Position numbers and translations under genes: made by a program. The notes under the pieces are model-generated. The model had not been told where the DNA came from. It did no database searches and was given only the letters and a program-made list of their open reading frames with translations. From positions 45,176,788-45,240,787 of the forward strand of contig CM120640.1 in the NCBI GenBank assembly GCA_051362555.1: a stretch of 64,000 bases of DNA, written 5' to 3'. Shown here in pieces: positions 38,001 to 50,948 of this stretch (position 1 is the first letter of the stretch; the number at the start of each line of letters is the position of its first letter). The stretch comes from Lingula anatina. Lineage: Eukaryota; Animalia; Brachiopoda.

Positions 38001-39686
38001 AACTAGATCTATAGTTTCCTTGGGAATGAGCCCATATGGGTTGATGTAAGTGTAATTTGATGTGCTGTGCAATGCCTGATCTTGATATATGCCAACTAAA
38101 GCAATGCAGTCAAATGAACTGTCAAATGTTACTTTGGACTCTGTCATTTACCACTGCTTTTTTTCCCCCCAGAGTTATGTATGCAGACACATAGTCATGA
38201 GGTATTCCTCCTGGCCACTGCTGCAATTGCCAACATCACCTTCATGGACAGCATGGCCTGCGACTCCCTCATGCAGTTTGATGCAGCAAGAATCATGATA
38301 GAGGCTTGTCAAGTCAATAAAGCGGAATCCATGTTTGCCAAAGATCAGGTAAGGCTGAAGGGTGAATCTTTGAAATAATTGTTTTGTGTTGTTTGATTTG
38401 AAAGCAAGAATGATTTCCAGAGCAGCCAGATTAGTGAAAATATATATTGGTGTGGTGAATATTTTAGGCATGAATTCAATTCAATATTTCTTTTTGGTTG
38501 AAGCAATCAAGGTTATCATTTTAGTGCTATGAGAATTAGCTGGCATGGTTTATGCTTAACAGCAGTTCCCAGCTCTAAACTTACTGTTTCAGTGATAATT
38601 CTAAAAATGAGATATGAGATGCAATAGTAATAATATGTTGTCTTTTTTTGTTGTTAGGTTGCCACTATTCTAGCCAATATGGCAGTCCTAGAAAACTGCA
38701 GTGCAGAAATAACCGAGAACAATGGAATGGAGTTACTTCTGCACTTTCTACACCAAAGACCGTCTCCCCAGGCAGCAGAGGCAGAGAGATCAGCATGTGA
38801 GAGAGTTCATCAGAAGGCAGCAATTGCTCTGACAAGACTGAGTAAAGATGCAGAGAATGCTCATATTATTGTAGAATTGGGTGGTGAGCATCTGAAAAAT
38901 TGATTAAATGGGTGTTTTTGTTGAAATCCTTTACTTCTTTTTAGTAGCATATAGACAATTTTATTGTGATTTCCATTATGTTTTATGTGAGCACAGTTGG
39001 TATGGTTAGTAGTAAGGTTATGCAATGCTTGTTTAGAAGGTGGAATTAATTAATGGTTTGTGTAAGTTAATTTGTCTATATTTGTTTGATTTATAGACCA
39101 GGTCATATAATGTTCTAATTTGTAACTAGAACTTATTATATTAGTAACATGCTTCATAAATGTCATATCTTTTCTGTTAGGTATCCCACGTCTGGTCCAA
39201 CTATGCAGAAACATTACTGAAAGAAACAACAGTGATGGGGTGCTCATTGCATGCTTGGTGAGTAAAGCTTAAGTTTGATATTACTATCAATTTTATTGTT
39301 GTTATTATAGTTGTTGTGGTAGTTTGTTATTGTACTTAACATCTACTGAATTTTAATCTTGCAAGAACTGTTTTGTGCAGTCATATACCAGAACAGACTT
39401 TATTTTCTGACGATTATTTTTTTGTTCTTTTCAGTAAAACCAATAGCAGTTCAGATTTTGTTGTGTACTCCAGTACACCATTTCATTGGCAGTTAATATT
39501 TGAAACAGATATGAAAATTAACTACATCCAATTCATTTAATTGTTCTTTTGCAGGCTGCCCTCAGAAAAATAGCCACAGTCTGTGGGGTCCAGGAATTCT
39601 CAGCAGCAGACATACAGCAGTTAATCAAACCAACTCTAGTGGACTCCTACCTCATCTGCTCACAACTTGAGGAGAGTTTTGTGTGA
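24426..39686 (+). CDS. insc: Protein inscuteable homolog (LGN/Pins-binding N-terminus, ARM-like repeats, C-terminal PDZ-binding motif), about 541 aa with the 24426 first coding exon
   Basis: Core exons 33545-33702, 34650-34713, 35561-35684, 36020-36072, 36328-36442, 36737-36850, 37027-37152, 37727-37898, 38173-38348, 38658-38883, 39181-39257 and 39555-39686 are phase-consistent. DSVQKWLSELRWNTESECMSVLQGK matches the Insc LGN-binding peptide (human DSVQRWMEDLKLMTECECMCVLQAK), and the protein ends in EESFV*. The first coding exon (24426-24514) is less certain. Confidence 0.9.
26520..26561. repeat. (AAT)n microsatellite
   Basis: About 14 AAT units. Confidence 0.95.
27057..27213. mobile_element. 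157-bp MITE with CAGGGGC(A/G)GAT TIRs and a 5-bp TSD
   Basis: CAGGGGCAGAT...ATCCGCCCCTG, with TSD GCTTG at 27052-27056 and 27214-27218. Confidence 0.75.
30000..30600 (+). promoter_or_regulatory. Candidate proximal alternative promoter of inscuteable
   Basis: Locally higher GC, with CCAAT/ATTGG boxes at about 30012, 30064, 30513 and 30567 and a GGGCGG near 30139. It is followed by a candidate first exon ending ATG ATG AAG TTT AG|GTAAGA (30981-30994). Confidence 0.5.
33172..33270. repeat. (TTTA)n microsatellite followed by poly-T and poly-G
   Basis: Long ATTT tetranucleotide run. Confidence 0.95.
34974..35011. repeat. (TA)n microsatellite
   Basis: Pure AT dinucleotide run. Confidence 0.95.
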
Positions 39687-42126
39687 CCTCTGACCCCTGA
39701 GAGAAAAATGGTATGATCTCTTGTTACTGGGAGAGTTCCGTTTGGTTGATTTACAACCTCTGGAGGAGAACATTGGCTGATCAATGACTTCCAGAGGTTT
39801 TTTCAGGTACCTTGTACCACAATACAAGATTAGTTAATTATTCCAGAGACTTGGCCTATAATTTAGGTCCCTGAACAGGCCATGATGATGTTAAATTCCC
39901 ACAGCATTACACGTAAATCTTTTGCATTGCCACAATCAAGTATTACATAGTACACGCATTTTATATTTGAAATAAATGGGTTGATAGGAATCCTGCACAG
40001 TGGAAATGGTTGTGAATATCTCATAGTGCCCTGTGTACAAGACTTGATGGGGGGGGGGGGTCTTTTCTTTTTGGATATATTTGTTTACTGCAGGTCAGTA
40101 GTATATAGTGACAACACTAGATTTCATCCTGGTGAGACTGGTTTTCTGTTATATACCAAAGATATATGATCGTGGAGAAATATGGAACTTGTAGTTTTTT
40201 TTAGTAGACTTGTTAGATGGATCTAATCATTTTACTTTTGAACTTTATTCAATGAGTCAATTTTCAATACCTCTAAAAACTGAGAGAAAAACTTAACAAA
40301 TAGTACATAGCATTGTCACTGGAACAAGTCAGTTTTGGAGGATTTCGTTAGCTGTTTATGTGTATGGTATTCCTTAATCATTATGTACATGCTTCCATCT
40401 CTTACTAAAGTTCAGCATATCAAAAGTGGGTTGGTTAATATGTTGTGCTCTGCCCAAGGTTTTAAGGCTTCAGCTGTAGTAGTCTGCCTGCTACATTAGA
40501 AATGGTAGTATTTATTATTTCCCTATACACATATTTTTTTAAGCTGGAGGAAAAGACGGATCTGATCATAGTTGTTGAAATTAAGCAGGTTTTAATCTGT
40601 AAATGATGTGATATGTTTATGTAAAATAGATTAATTTAATGTTCTTTGTATTATACAATAGTATATCAATTGAGTTACAATAGGATCATATCTTCCACTG
40701 TGCCAAATTTGTCTGTGAATACAGATTCTGTTAATATGTGATTTGGGTAGGGTAGGGAATTATTGGAATTAGTGTTTTATTTCACTCATTCTTGTGAAAT
40801 CATACATCACATGTACAGAGTGTGATTTTTCATATGTATTCTTAATCATTTTTCTGCACTTCCTCTTTTACTGGTTTCCCGCTAAATATTATTTCTTCAG
40901 TTTTCACTTAACCTGCAAAACAATCAGAAATAAATTACTTTTCTATAAAGAAGATGCATGTTATTAATTTTTCATCAAATGAAGTTCCAAGATTATGAAA
41001 GTGCAGTATGTCGCCTTGTCACTCATCTGTTAATTTAACTTTCTTGTCAGGTGTTGGGTGGTATGGTCTTCAACATCTCCTCCTGCAGTGACATAATCTA
41101 TGTAGGATGTTAGTAATGTTAATGATTTCTTGAACTTTAGCCAACAATTTAAGAAAGCTAATTTATAGCAATATTGTCAAGGAAATCCCCAATTTTTGGG
41201 GCTTGAAATTACCAAGAATTTAAGTAATTGTCACCTGAAAAAGGCAACTTGGCTAAAATGACCAATTTAAGCACACGTTGCAGACTTCAGCTCCCTCTAG
41301 TGCTGTTATGGCCTATTGGTTTTTGAGGAGGATCACCTTGATATGAATTCATATAGTTACTGCATTATCAAACCAAACAAGTTGTGGAGGAAATAAAAGC
41401 CACCACAGAAGTCTCTTCAAACACAGTGCCAAGTCTATTGATACCACATAGAATATACTGGTAATGTTCTATTAAATTTTTCCATTTATTTAAAGAAAAT
41501 TTTAATCTTTAATTAAAATCATTTCATTGCTCTTTCAAAGGAAAAAATTAATCCTAAATCTTACATCTTGCGCAATTAAAGATTTTTTTTTAGCATTTTC
41601 ATGCAGCCATTAAAAAAAAAGCTGCTAAAAGTACACCTAGCAAGTCTTTCCAACAAAATTGTACATTTATGTGGGATGAGACTATCATTATAACAATCAC
41701 CTTGTTAAAAATTATATCCATAATTACAGTTAGTTAAAGCAAAATCATTCATAAAAATATATATCATATCTAACATGATAATATTTCCATACTAGCGTCT
41801 GCTAGTTGCCTCTCCTTTTCCATATCTTTAATACTGTCATTTCTGCCCACAGATTTGATTGATCTTCTACTTTCACATTTAAATCAAGAAAAAGAATCAA
41901 AATCCACTTTGTTTCAATATCTAATGACAATTGCTACACAGATTGGAATATTTCACTAAGCTGACATGCTTCTTTGAAACATATCTTCTCCAAACTGGAT
42001 CAGTAATGTGTAATTTGCATTGGCATTCAGTACCATATTGTCAGAATGAGACATATCATATCACATGAATCTGGGATATCCTGTTATTTTAATTTTTCAC
42101 TTTCAAAGCACAGTCCCAATGAAGTT

Positions 42127-45100
42127 TTAAAGGTTTGCCTGGGCCATTCCTCCCATGCTCTAGAAAGAAGGAAAGAAAGAAAAGTCATTCATAATAAACA
42201 TATCACAAATTCACAACGTATCAAATGCATATATATCTGACAATGTATCACAATTATTCATGTAAGGTGCAAGCAATTTCACCATGACTATGTCAATTTT
42301 GAAGTGTTTTTTATAATAAAATAAGAACTACATTTTTTGTTTTTAAAAGAACACTAAGAAATTTTTAAGGATGAGTTTGGGGCCAAACACTGTAAATATA
42401 TGCACTAAGCATGGTCTATCTGGCCAAGGTGAAGAATAACCAGTACATCAATATTATAACAAACTCACCACTTTCTTAGCCTTGAACTGGTCCAGCAATT
42501 CCTGGATCCTACGACCATATTCTGGGTCACACTGTCCAAAATTCTTGACTGCACGTTGCTGGATGAACTCCTGGGCATCCTTCAGGTGGTTAGCAATGTT
42601 CTCCACAAGTCTTGTACGCTCATCTGGCTTTAGCACCTGCAAAAGAGGCAGTTAGATGTTCAGTACATAGTGTATAGAAGAATCACTTCAAAAGAAATAT
42701 GTTCGTTTTTTAAGTCCATGCAAACAGGATTAAAGTGCGAGCAAGTGAATTCTAGACTGAAATACTACTCCCTGTGAGTTCTATTAAATAAAAAAATACT
42801 TGTAAAAGCTTTGTCAGTAAGAGCCATGGCATTTATTTTCTTTAATTTGCTATTTCAAATAATCTTTAACAGTCACTCTTAACAACCCACATTGCGCCAG
42901 AATAATCCGACTTGGCTGAAGTTGTCATCATCCCTTGTGTTGTAGCGTTTGACATCCCCAGTGGTCTGGAACACACTCTCCAGATGTCTCTTGTCATCCA
43001 ATGGGCCATTGAAACTGTTAGGGAAATAGTTGGGGGCTCCCTCTGAAAATAGGAAATACTCTTTTAATAGATGCTAAGGGGTTTTTATTTTAATAACAAT
43101 GCTTGTAACATTTATTTCAGGCAATATTGACCTTAGTTAAAGGGATAATAACTCTTCGTATGAGATCTATATTTCACAATAAAAACAATGTGAATAACTC
43201 ATAGAAATATAATACATTCTGTTTTACCACAAAAACGGCAGTTATAACTATTATTCTGATATCTGAGCTTGTCTTTAGACCACGTGACCTCCATTGATGG
43301 CTATACTCTGTTAAAATCTCTTAAGAGATTTTAACAAAAAACCAAACTTTTTGGAAAAAAACAGGGACTAACTTTGAATGTAAAAATGGATTCATTAACC
43401 ATTGGTAAGAATGGGAAAATTGTTGTTTACTCCAGGAAAATTCATTTTTTGGCCGAAACGAAGAGTTATTATCCCTTTAACATTAACATCATAACTTTCT
43501 AAATAACATTGTTTCATTACCTTATAATTATACTAATAATATTTAGATTATGTAATCCAGTAAAAACCAGGGTTTGAAATTGTCACCTAATTGTATATCT
43601 GCAGTCATTTACGTCACTGTTAGGCATACTACCTTTCAAATATTCCTGTCAAACTGATCACTTAAGACTGTTTTTCATCTATATTTCACTAACACAGAGC
43701 ATGGTGGCAATTTATGAGACAAAAATAATACATCAGAGAAGATAGCAAATTGGACCAATAAATAATTGTGCTTGTTGTCACACCTAACACACTGGCAATT
43801 ATAAGTTCTCACCTTGGTTGTCAGTGACACACTGGGGTCCATCCCTCTGGTAGTTCTTCACTCTGGTATTAAAGGGGCAGTTGACAGGAATCTGTAGGTA
43901 GTTGGTGCCCAAACGATGGCGATGTGTATCAGAGTAAGAGAACAAACGACCCTGAAGCAGTTTGTCAATAATTTATTAATGTTATTCAACAGACACTGAT
44001 AAGTACCAGGTGCACCTGATGGGTCAAATTGGTAAATATTGACAAAACTAAACCTTGAAGGTAACAAAGTTGTATCCTGCACATATCATAACAACAGACA
44101 TTCACAACTTTTAAAAACACTGTTATCTAAGTATATAAACCTTGAACTTAAGTAAAACTTAAACTGCAAACTGCAGCTAAAATATAAACAGCAAATAACT
44201 AATAAAACATTTATAACTTCAGCCATTCTGAAACATAATCATTTCCTTACAAACAAATTGTAAAAGTGATAAATTTTATGAAGCAAAATAGAATATTTAC
44301 ACTCAGCATTGCTTAATTTCCTTGCAAAAAAGTTTATAAGTAACACATTTTAAATTTATATAGCCTCAAAGAATACTTATAAACAACATTGCTTAGCACA
44401 CTGGGGCATTATATCATGCTGTTAAAATTCTTCTCACCTGTAACATTTTGTCTGGGCTGGCCTCAATGCCTGGCACAAGGTGAGCTGGGGAGAAGGCAAT
44501 CTGTTCCACCTCAGCAAAGTAGTTCTTAGGGTTACGGTTCAACACCATCCTGCCCACGGGAATCAGGGGAAACTCTCCCTGGGGCCACACCTTGGGAATG
44601 GAAATAAAATTGGGATAGAAGTTGTCAAAAGAATGATCTTAAATTATTTCTCTTTTAATGTTGTCACACAGCACATTACAATATGTGTTGAAAATTTAAA
44701 ATTAAATAAATCTTTTGAAATAGGTGAAAAAGAGAATCTGTTCAAGAGAAAAAGTGCATGTGCATGTGATTATTCAGGAATGTCAAAACCATGCATATCT
44801 TTTACACACTCAAAACTTCCTCGCAGCACACTTCTTAAATCTGATTAAGCTTATCTACTAGCCAATATACCTTGGTTAAATCAAATGGATTCCATCTGAA
44901 CTTCTCGGCCTCTTCAAATGTCATCACCTGTATGTACCAGGTCCAGGATGGGTAGTTCCCAGCAGCAATGTTATTGTACAAGTCACGGATGGCGTAGTCT
45001 GGATCACTACCAGCCAGCTCTCCTGCCTGGTCTGCCATCAGACACTTGATGCCCTGGTCCGTCTAAAAGGCAGTTATCATTTAAGTGAAATTGTAGTTAT

Positions 45101-48100
45101 AAATGTGATATATCTTACATAGTCAATTTGTGAAATTCAGAGAAATTTGTTTGCTATATATGTAAATAAATGAATAGAGAAATGGACAGAAGAAATTGTC
45201 AGACTTCATCATTGAAAACATTATGTTTGGAAAGAAAACACCTTTACTATAAATCACTGGTGCAAGCTGTGGAGCACTTCAATGGAAATATTTTCAAATT
45301 CTAACTCTCTTCAAATTAATCGAAATACATTCAGCACTGTGCACAAAATGTCAAACTGTACTGAAAACAATCTGGACTCACAATATGAATTAATAAGATT
45401 TGTATAAATAAAGTATACCCCTCTCACCTTATAATGGAACTTGCAGTACACAGCCTCACCATCCTTGTTCACTAGCTTGAAAGTGTGGCTGCCATAGCCG
45501 TTCATCTGACGGTAGCCGTCTGGCGTACCTCTGTCAGAGAACAGGAAGGACACCTGGTGAGTGGATTCTGGGCGCAGAGTTATGAAATCCCAGAACATGT
45601 CTGGGTCCTGAAATAATGGTTGCTTAACTTAACATGTGCAATAATATGGTGCCAGTGCCTAATTCCTATATATTTACATTAACATAAAAATATCAAAGAG
45701 AAAATAATGGGTGCCAACTTCCGGTTTTCAAATCTATGATGCATTTTTTAAAAACATACATTTTCTCATTTTGCATCCAAGCTCTGATGACAGTATTTGT
45801 CAAAATAGTTAAATATTTTCTATCCAGTTGTCCAACAATTAATGCATCCAGTCACGTTTCAGGTAAAACACATAACCTTCGTTAAACACAACAGGTCAAG
45901 TTCAAGAAGCATGTTTACCAATGATAAACAGAACACTCAATTAACTGAAAATGAAGTTGGTAGTGATTTGGTAAATTAAGTGCTTTTATGTATATAACAA
46001 ATGGCGAGCAAAGAATTCATGTCACACCATACAACACAATAGCAGGCATAAATATTGTATCGAACCAACGAAATAATGCTCTGGCACTGCAAAAATCAAT
46101 AATTTTATCTATTCCTCTGTCTGGTAAACATTTATTTGATTTTATGGACATGAATATATGACATGGCATGGCTAGACCTCAAGTTGCATAATTAACAATA
46201 CCTGGGATAAACACTGTATCTAACCACCCCAATAATGACAACTGCATGCTTATTGCTTAAATCAATAATGTTATCTTTTCCAGTCAAGTAAACATCCAAG
46301 AAGTGGGGTTATTTTTCATTAAAAGTTTCAAACTTCATTGTACACTGTGACAAAGAAAGAAAAAATCCAATCTGAGACATGCTGCTTGAATGTTTCTTCT
46401 TTTTTAAAACATGGATTATTTAACACTTAAATACTGTAATTATAATAAAGTCAGTATTTAATTCTCAAAGTGGACTAATTTAATGTCTGTTAAGAAATTT
46501 AAAATGAGAAACGGTTTCTCAAGTTGTTCAGAAGACTGAACTGTCTACCTTGCAATGTGTAACTGGGTTCCTCTTCTGCGTATGAATAAAACTTGGGAAC
46601 TGAAACATATATACATCTGATTAGAAATACATACAAAAATAGCAGTACTTAAGATAAAATTAAATGAGATATCTTATCCAGAAAACTTACTTAGAATTGA
46701 TTGGGCAAATAAATAACCCGATTTCTCAAATGATGAAACACATTAAATGTATTAACAAAAAGCACACACCCACAACTACATAACAAGCATTACTTTTAAA
46801 GATTTAAGACTATTTCAAACAAAAAATAACATATAAACAGAATTCAAATCAATACAGCAAATAAATTAAACTCACAAAGATGGGGTCCCTGATGAAAAAG
46901 ATAGGCGTGTTATTCCCCACACAGTCCCAGTTGCCTTCCTCTGTGTACATCTTGACAGCGAAGCCACGAGGATCGCGAGCAGTGTCTGCAGAGCCACTTT
47001 CACCACCAACAGTTGAGAAACGCACAGCAACTGGTGTTCTCTTGCCTATGTGCTCAAACACTTTAGCTTTGCAGTATTTGGAAATGTCGTGTGTAACTTC
47101 AAAGAAGCCAAATGCACCTGAAATGTAGAATAAGATATGTATGTGAATTAAATATATATATAGTTCAGATTTCATTGCATGTTACAGACAGAATGAAGAT
47201 TGATCACATAATTGTCTTATCTAAAAAATTCTTGTTAGGGAAAAAATTAAAAACGACTCATGCTAACAATCATCAACTATTTAGTATTTTCCCCATCACC
47301 TACTAACTTAGATTTTATAAAGCATGATGTGACATGAAATTAAGTTAGATTTCTCCTACACAAAAGAATTAAAATATGAAATTTACTGAATATGTAGTTT
47401 TGTACCTACTGTGTAATTGAAAAAGCATTATGTTTATCCCATCATTTCAAGATAACAATACAGTTTCTTACCTGCCCCTTTGGCATGTACCACTCTCTCT
47501 GGGATCCTCTCCCTCTGGAAGTGTGCCATCTCATCCATAAAGACAAAGTCCTGCATAAGCAGAGGCCCCCTGGGGCCAGCAGTCATACTGGCTAACTTTT
47601 CCCCTATTGGGGCCCCAGTACTAGTGGTCAGAGAACCTGGTGGGTTCTGAAATAACAAATTTTCAAAATCCAATTAAATTATTTTTTTCAACTCATCAGA
47701 TTTTTTGATTTTTTTAATAAAGGTGAAAAAATTCATTACTAGAGAATCAGAGAGGGGTTTGTCCTCCTGAGCAATGAGACATGATGAGGTCCAACTCCAT
47801 GGTTCTAAGTCACATCTAAGGAACTTTCAGTGTATATGCTGGTGGTACAATAATCTTATTTTTTCACAAAGTGGTCGAGGGCAGGGTTTTAGATCCAAAA
47901 ATTCTATTCAATGACCCAGTTTGGAGATTTACTAACTAATGGTACCTCAACTGTATATATACACTGTCATAACAAAATTGAAAGCTAAAATAATTATGTT
48001 TTTACATAGGCTAACTGATGATAGTTTGTACATAAAACCACCTCTCTCAGCCTAGCTCGATATGCTCATTCATGCTCACTCTAGGTATTAAACCAACATT

Positions 48101-49048
48101 TTTTATGCAAGTCAGGATAAGAAGACAAATGGTAAACATGGAAATACACCCACATTGTTATTTCAGGTAATTTAATGTAATACAGAACATTGTGAATTTT
48201 GTCATTGGATTTGCAATTGTGAACCTGTAAAAGCAGTGACATTTACATAAGTACAAAAGTCATTTGATAATTGGTGTTTGTTGATATATGCGTCACTTCA
48301 TGCTTCTACAAGGATTGGAACTGATAAGGTTTATGTAACAAATAAGCTTTTTCTTTTCTTCCTCTGTCAGATTACCCAAAATGAAATAGTTGGCAATGTT
48401 AAAGCCAAGGATGGTAATTTGAATGGCACTTAAAAATGATAAATTTCTCTTGTTTTAGCCAGGGCAGGACAAGAAGACAATTTTGCAAGTACTGAATCAC
48501 GAACTCACTCTTGACTTCAAGCAAAATCCTCTGAAGGTATGCAAAAGTCAAAATAATTCAGGGACAAGTGGTGTAAAAAGTATTTCGATAAGAGTAGGCG
48601 TGACAAATTAATAACGATCCACTCCAAAATTACATGCTCTGACAGCATGCCTGTTTAAACACAGTTGTAGATATCAAACTCCCAGTCTAATAAAAACGTC
48701 CTTCGCAGTTTGAGAATGCAACACCTTAAAGGCTGCATGGTACTGTAAATATGGTATGACTTAATGGAAAAATCAATTCCCCCGATGCCAATGCCTGTAT
48801 TCCTGTAACAAGGAATTTCCTGTGCAGCCTTAAATGTGCATTAAAGCAGATATTTAGTGACAGGCGACGGCATCTTCATGAGCAGCCTACAAAAAAGTAG
48901 CTCAAGGCCACTAGCCGAGTACAATATTTTTTTACATTTGTGCGCTGAAGTAGCTAAGTACAGATAATATTTTCACCCAATTTTCACCTACCTCGTTGGA
49001 TTGCTTGAATGCTTCCATTTGGTTGGCAACTTTGTCACGGTTTGCCAT
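42127..49048 (-). CDS. cat: Catalase (monofunctional, small-subunit heme catalase), about 513 aa, 11 coding exons
   Basis: Exons 49048-48992, 47646-47472, 47117-46876, 46599-46549, 45607-45428, 45062-44871, 44590-44438, 43951-43813, 43042-42891, 42636-42469 and 42159-42127 (1542 nt). Active-site signature [29 protein letters not shown], heme-ligand motif [10 protein letters not shown]-terminus [10 protein letters not shown] and C-terminal PTS1 variant QANL*. Confidence 0.98.
43141..43476. mobile_element. 336-bp non-autonomous Kolobok-type DNA transposon in a catalase intron
   Basis: Perfect 19-bp TIR AGGGATAATAACTCTTCGT...ACGAAGAGTTATTATCCCT, flanked by TTAA at 43137-43140 and 43477-43480. 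The purine-purine terminus favours Kolobok over piggyBac (CC.. termini). Confidence 0.8.
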
Positions 49049-49494
49049 TTTTGATGATTAAGAAAGTGACTTGTCTGACTGCTGAAGACTTTCTCAAGTT
49101 GCCTGATCAAAGTTCTCGCTATATAAGTACCCGTGTTGCAAAACAGGACACCTGCCTTACGGACTAATTGGGTCATCGCGATACGATTGGTTCATTATCA
49201 CATGCGACTTTACACACATGTTTGAACACTGGGAACTTTGTTTCACTGGCCTGAGTTTTTTTAAAGTTAATTCATAGAATTGAATTATGTTATTTAAAGA
49301 AAAATATGCAAATAAATAAATAAGTAAAAATACAAAGCAAACATTTTTTCAAGAGTTCTCCAAAGTGTGACAGCATAAACGAGAACGAGACTTTTTTGTG
49401 GAGAAGCTACCAAACAACACATGCTTCAAACTGTGTAAATCAGCGGGGCTTTGGAATTTTAGAAGGCGATAATAACTGTTACATCTAGCTATAT
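49049..49494. promoter_or_regulatory. Divergent promoter region shared by catalase and OARD1
   Basis: Only 446 bp separate the two start codons. A TATA-like TATATA (about 49120) and a CCAAT box (GATTGG, about 49185) are oriented for catalase. Confidence 0.6.
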
Positions 49495-50435
49495 ATGATG
49501 GAACATACAGAGGTACACCCAAGATGTTGTTCTTACCCACTACTGCTACACAACCAGCAAAAATGTTCATTCAACAAAGGCATTGTTCCCTTTTCAATAA
49601 TGTTGTGTTGCTTGAATGATAATATTTTGTGGTTTCATTTTCAGAATTCTGCCCAAGGATTTCAGTTTCTTGAAAAACAAGGTGATCTTTTTAGCTGTGA
49701 GGAGACCAGCTCGTTGGCCCATTGCATCAGTGCAGATGTTAAGATGGGGAAAGGGATTGCAGTGATATTTAAAAGAAAATTTCAGGGAGAAGAGGAAATT
49801 AAAAGACAAGGTTTCTCAGGCATTTCATAAAAATTTGTATTTGTAAAAATGCTTGAAATTAGATATTGGCATTGTCATGATTAATGTTGTCTAATGATAG
49901 ATAACAAACAGTCAAAATTGATCATGATTATAAGGTGAATCTGTTGATAGATATTGAATGCTAAATTAATTGACATTGTCATGAATAATGTCCAATGAGA
50001 GAAGTCAAACTGTCAAAAATTAATCATGATGAGGTGAATGTTAGGACTAGACAAACATAAATTGTCAATTTAAATAGAGAATGCACAGCAAATCATTTTA
50101 AATTAGAAAAATACCAACTTTGAGAAATTAGTCAAGTTATTAAATTACTTTCAATTTCAGGACAGACACCTGGAGGGCTAGCAGTGTTGAAAAGGGGCAA
50201 GCGATTTGTATACTATTTGGTTACGAAGGAAAAATACTGGAACAAACCTACATATGATACCTTACGATCTAGTCTTATCAACATGAGGATGCACTGCACA
50301 GAGAATAAAGTCAAAGAACTCTGCATGCCCAAGATAGGCTGTGGTTTAGATGGATTGCAGTGGCCAAGAGTTAAAGAGATAATAAAGGAAGTATTTGATG
50401 ATTCTGACATGAAACTCACAGTGTACACTTTGTAA
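49495..50435 (+). CDS. OARD1: ADP-ribose glycohydrolase OARD1/TARG1 (C6orf130-like macrodomain), about 152 aa
   Basis: Exons 49495-49512, 49645-49810 and 50161-50435 (459 nt). Motifs GDLF, LAHCISADVKMGKGIAVIFK, YYLVTKEKYWNKPTY and MPKIGCGLDGLQW retain the catalytic Lys and Asp equivalents. Exon 1 is less certain. Confidence 0.92.
49867..50042. repeat. Degenerate tandem duplication (about 100-bp period) in OARD1 intron 2
   Basis: CATTGTCATGA(T/A)TAATGT...CAAAC(A/T)GTCAAAATT(G/A)ATCATGAT..AGGTGAAT occurs twice. Confidence 0.7.
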
Positions 50436-50948
50436 TAAAGGGGCTGTGTCATAGAAAAGGATGTGTATTTGTAATAATTGCAGGTCTTATGGTGCAAGGA
50501 TGATTTGTTACTTAAGAGGTTTTGCAGAGAAACTTGTCCTTTGCTTGTTCTTTTGAATTACACAGTTATAATTTATTTAAGAAGTAGTATAAAACAGTTA
50601 TAAACAAACATCTATTAAAACAACTGAAAATGGAATGGTTTTTGGTTACTTTATTTGACTTGTTATCTGAGAAGTGATTCAAATATACATATCCTTCCAT
50701 GCTAAAAGTCCAGGTGACATTCATTTGTCTAGACTTTGCAAACTTTAAAGTACACCAGTTGTGCCCAAAATACAATATGCCAGTCCCAGTAGAAATATAA
50801 ACATAACACCTGTCATCATTAGTTTCTAGATTTTCCACAAGCTGGCACTGTCATTTTTAATGTATGCACAAGATCATTTTGCTGTCCAACATAAATTTGC
50901 TTTTGTAAATGTTCCCCATGACATAGTCTTTATATTTCTCTAATAGAG

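Noticed and set aside
39684-39700. Stop-codon readthrough of insc (TGA-C context)
   Set aside because: The context is TGACCT, not TGACTAG, and an extension would mask the conserved EESFV PDZ-binding end.
43569-43810. Possible degenerate hAT-like element beginning CAGGGTTTGAAATT (similar start near 41198)
   Set aside because: The right TIR is too decayed and there is no TSD, so boundaries cannot be supported.
48000-49450. Antioxidant response element (Nrf2/CncC) near catalase
   Set aside because: Only partial matches to RTGAYnnnGC were found by eye.
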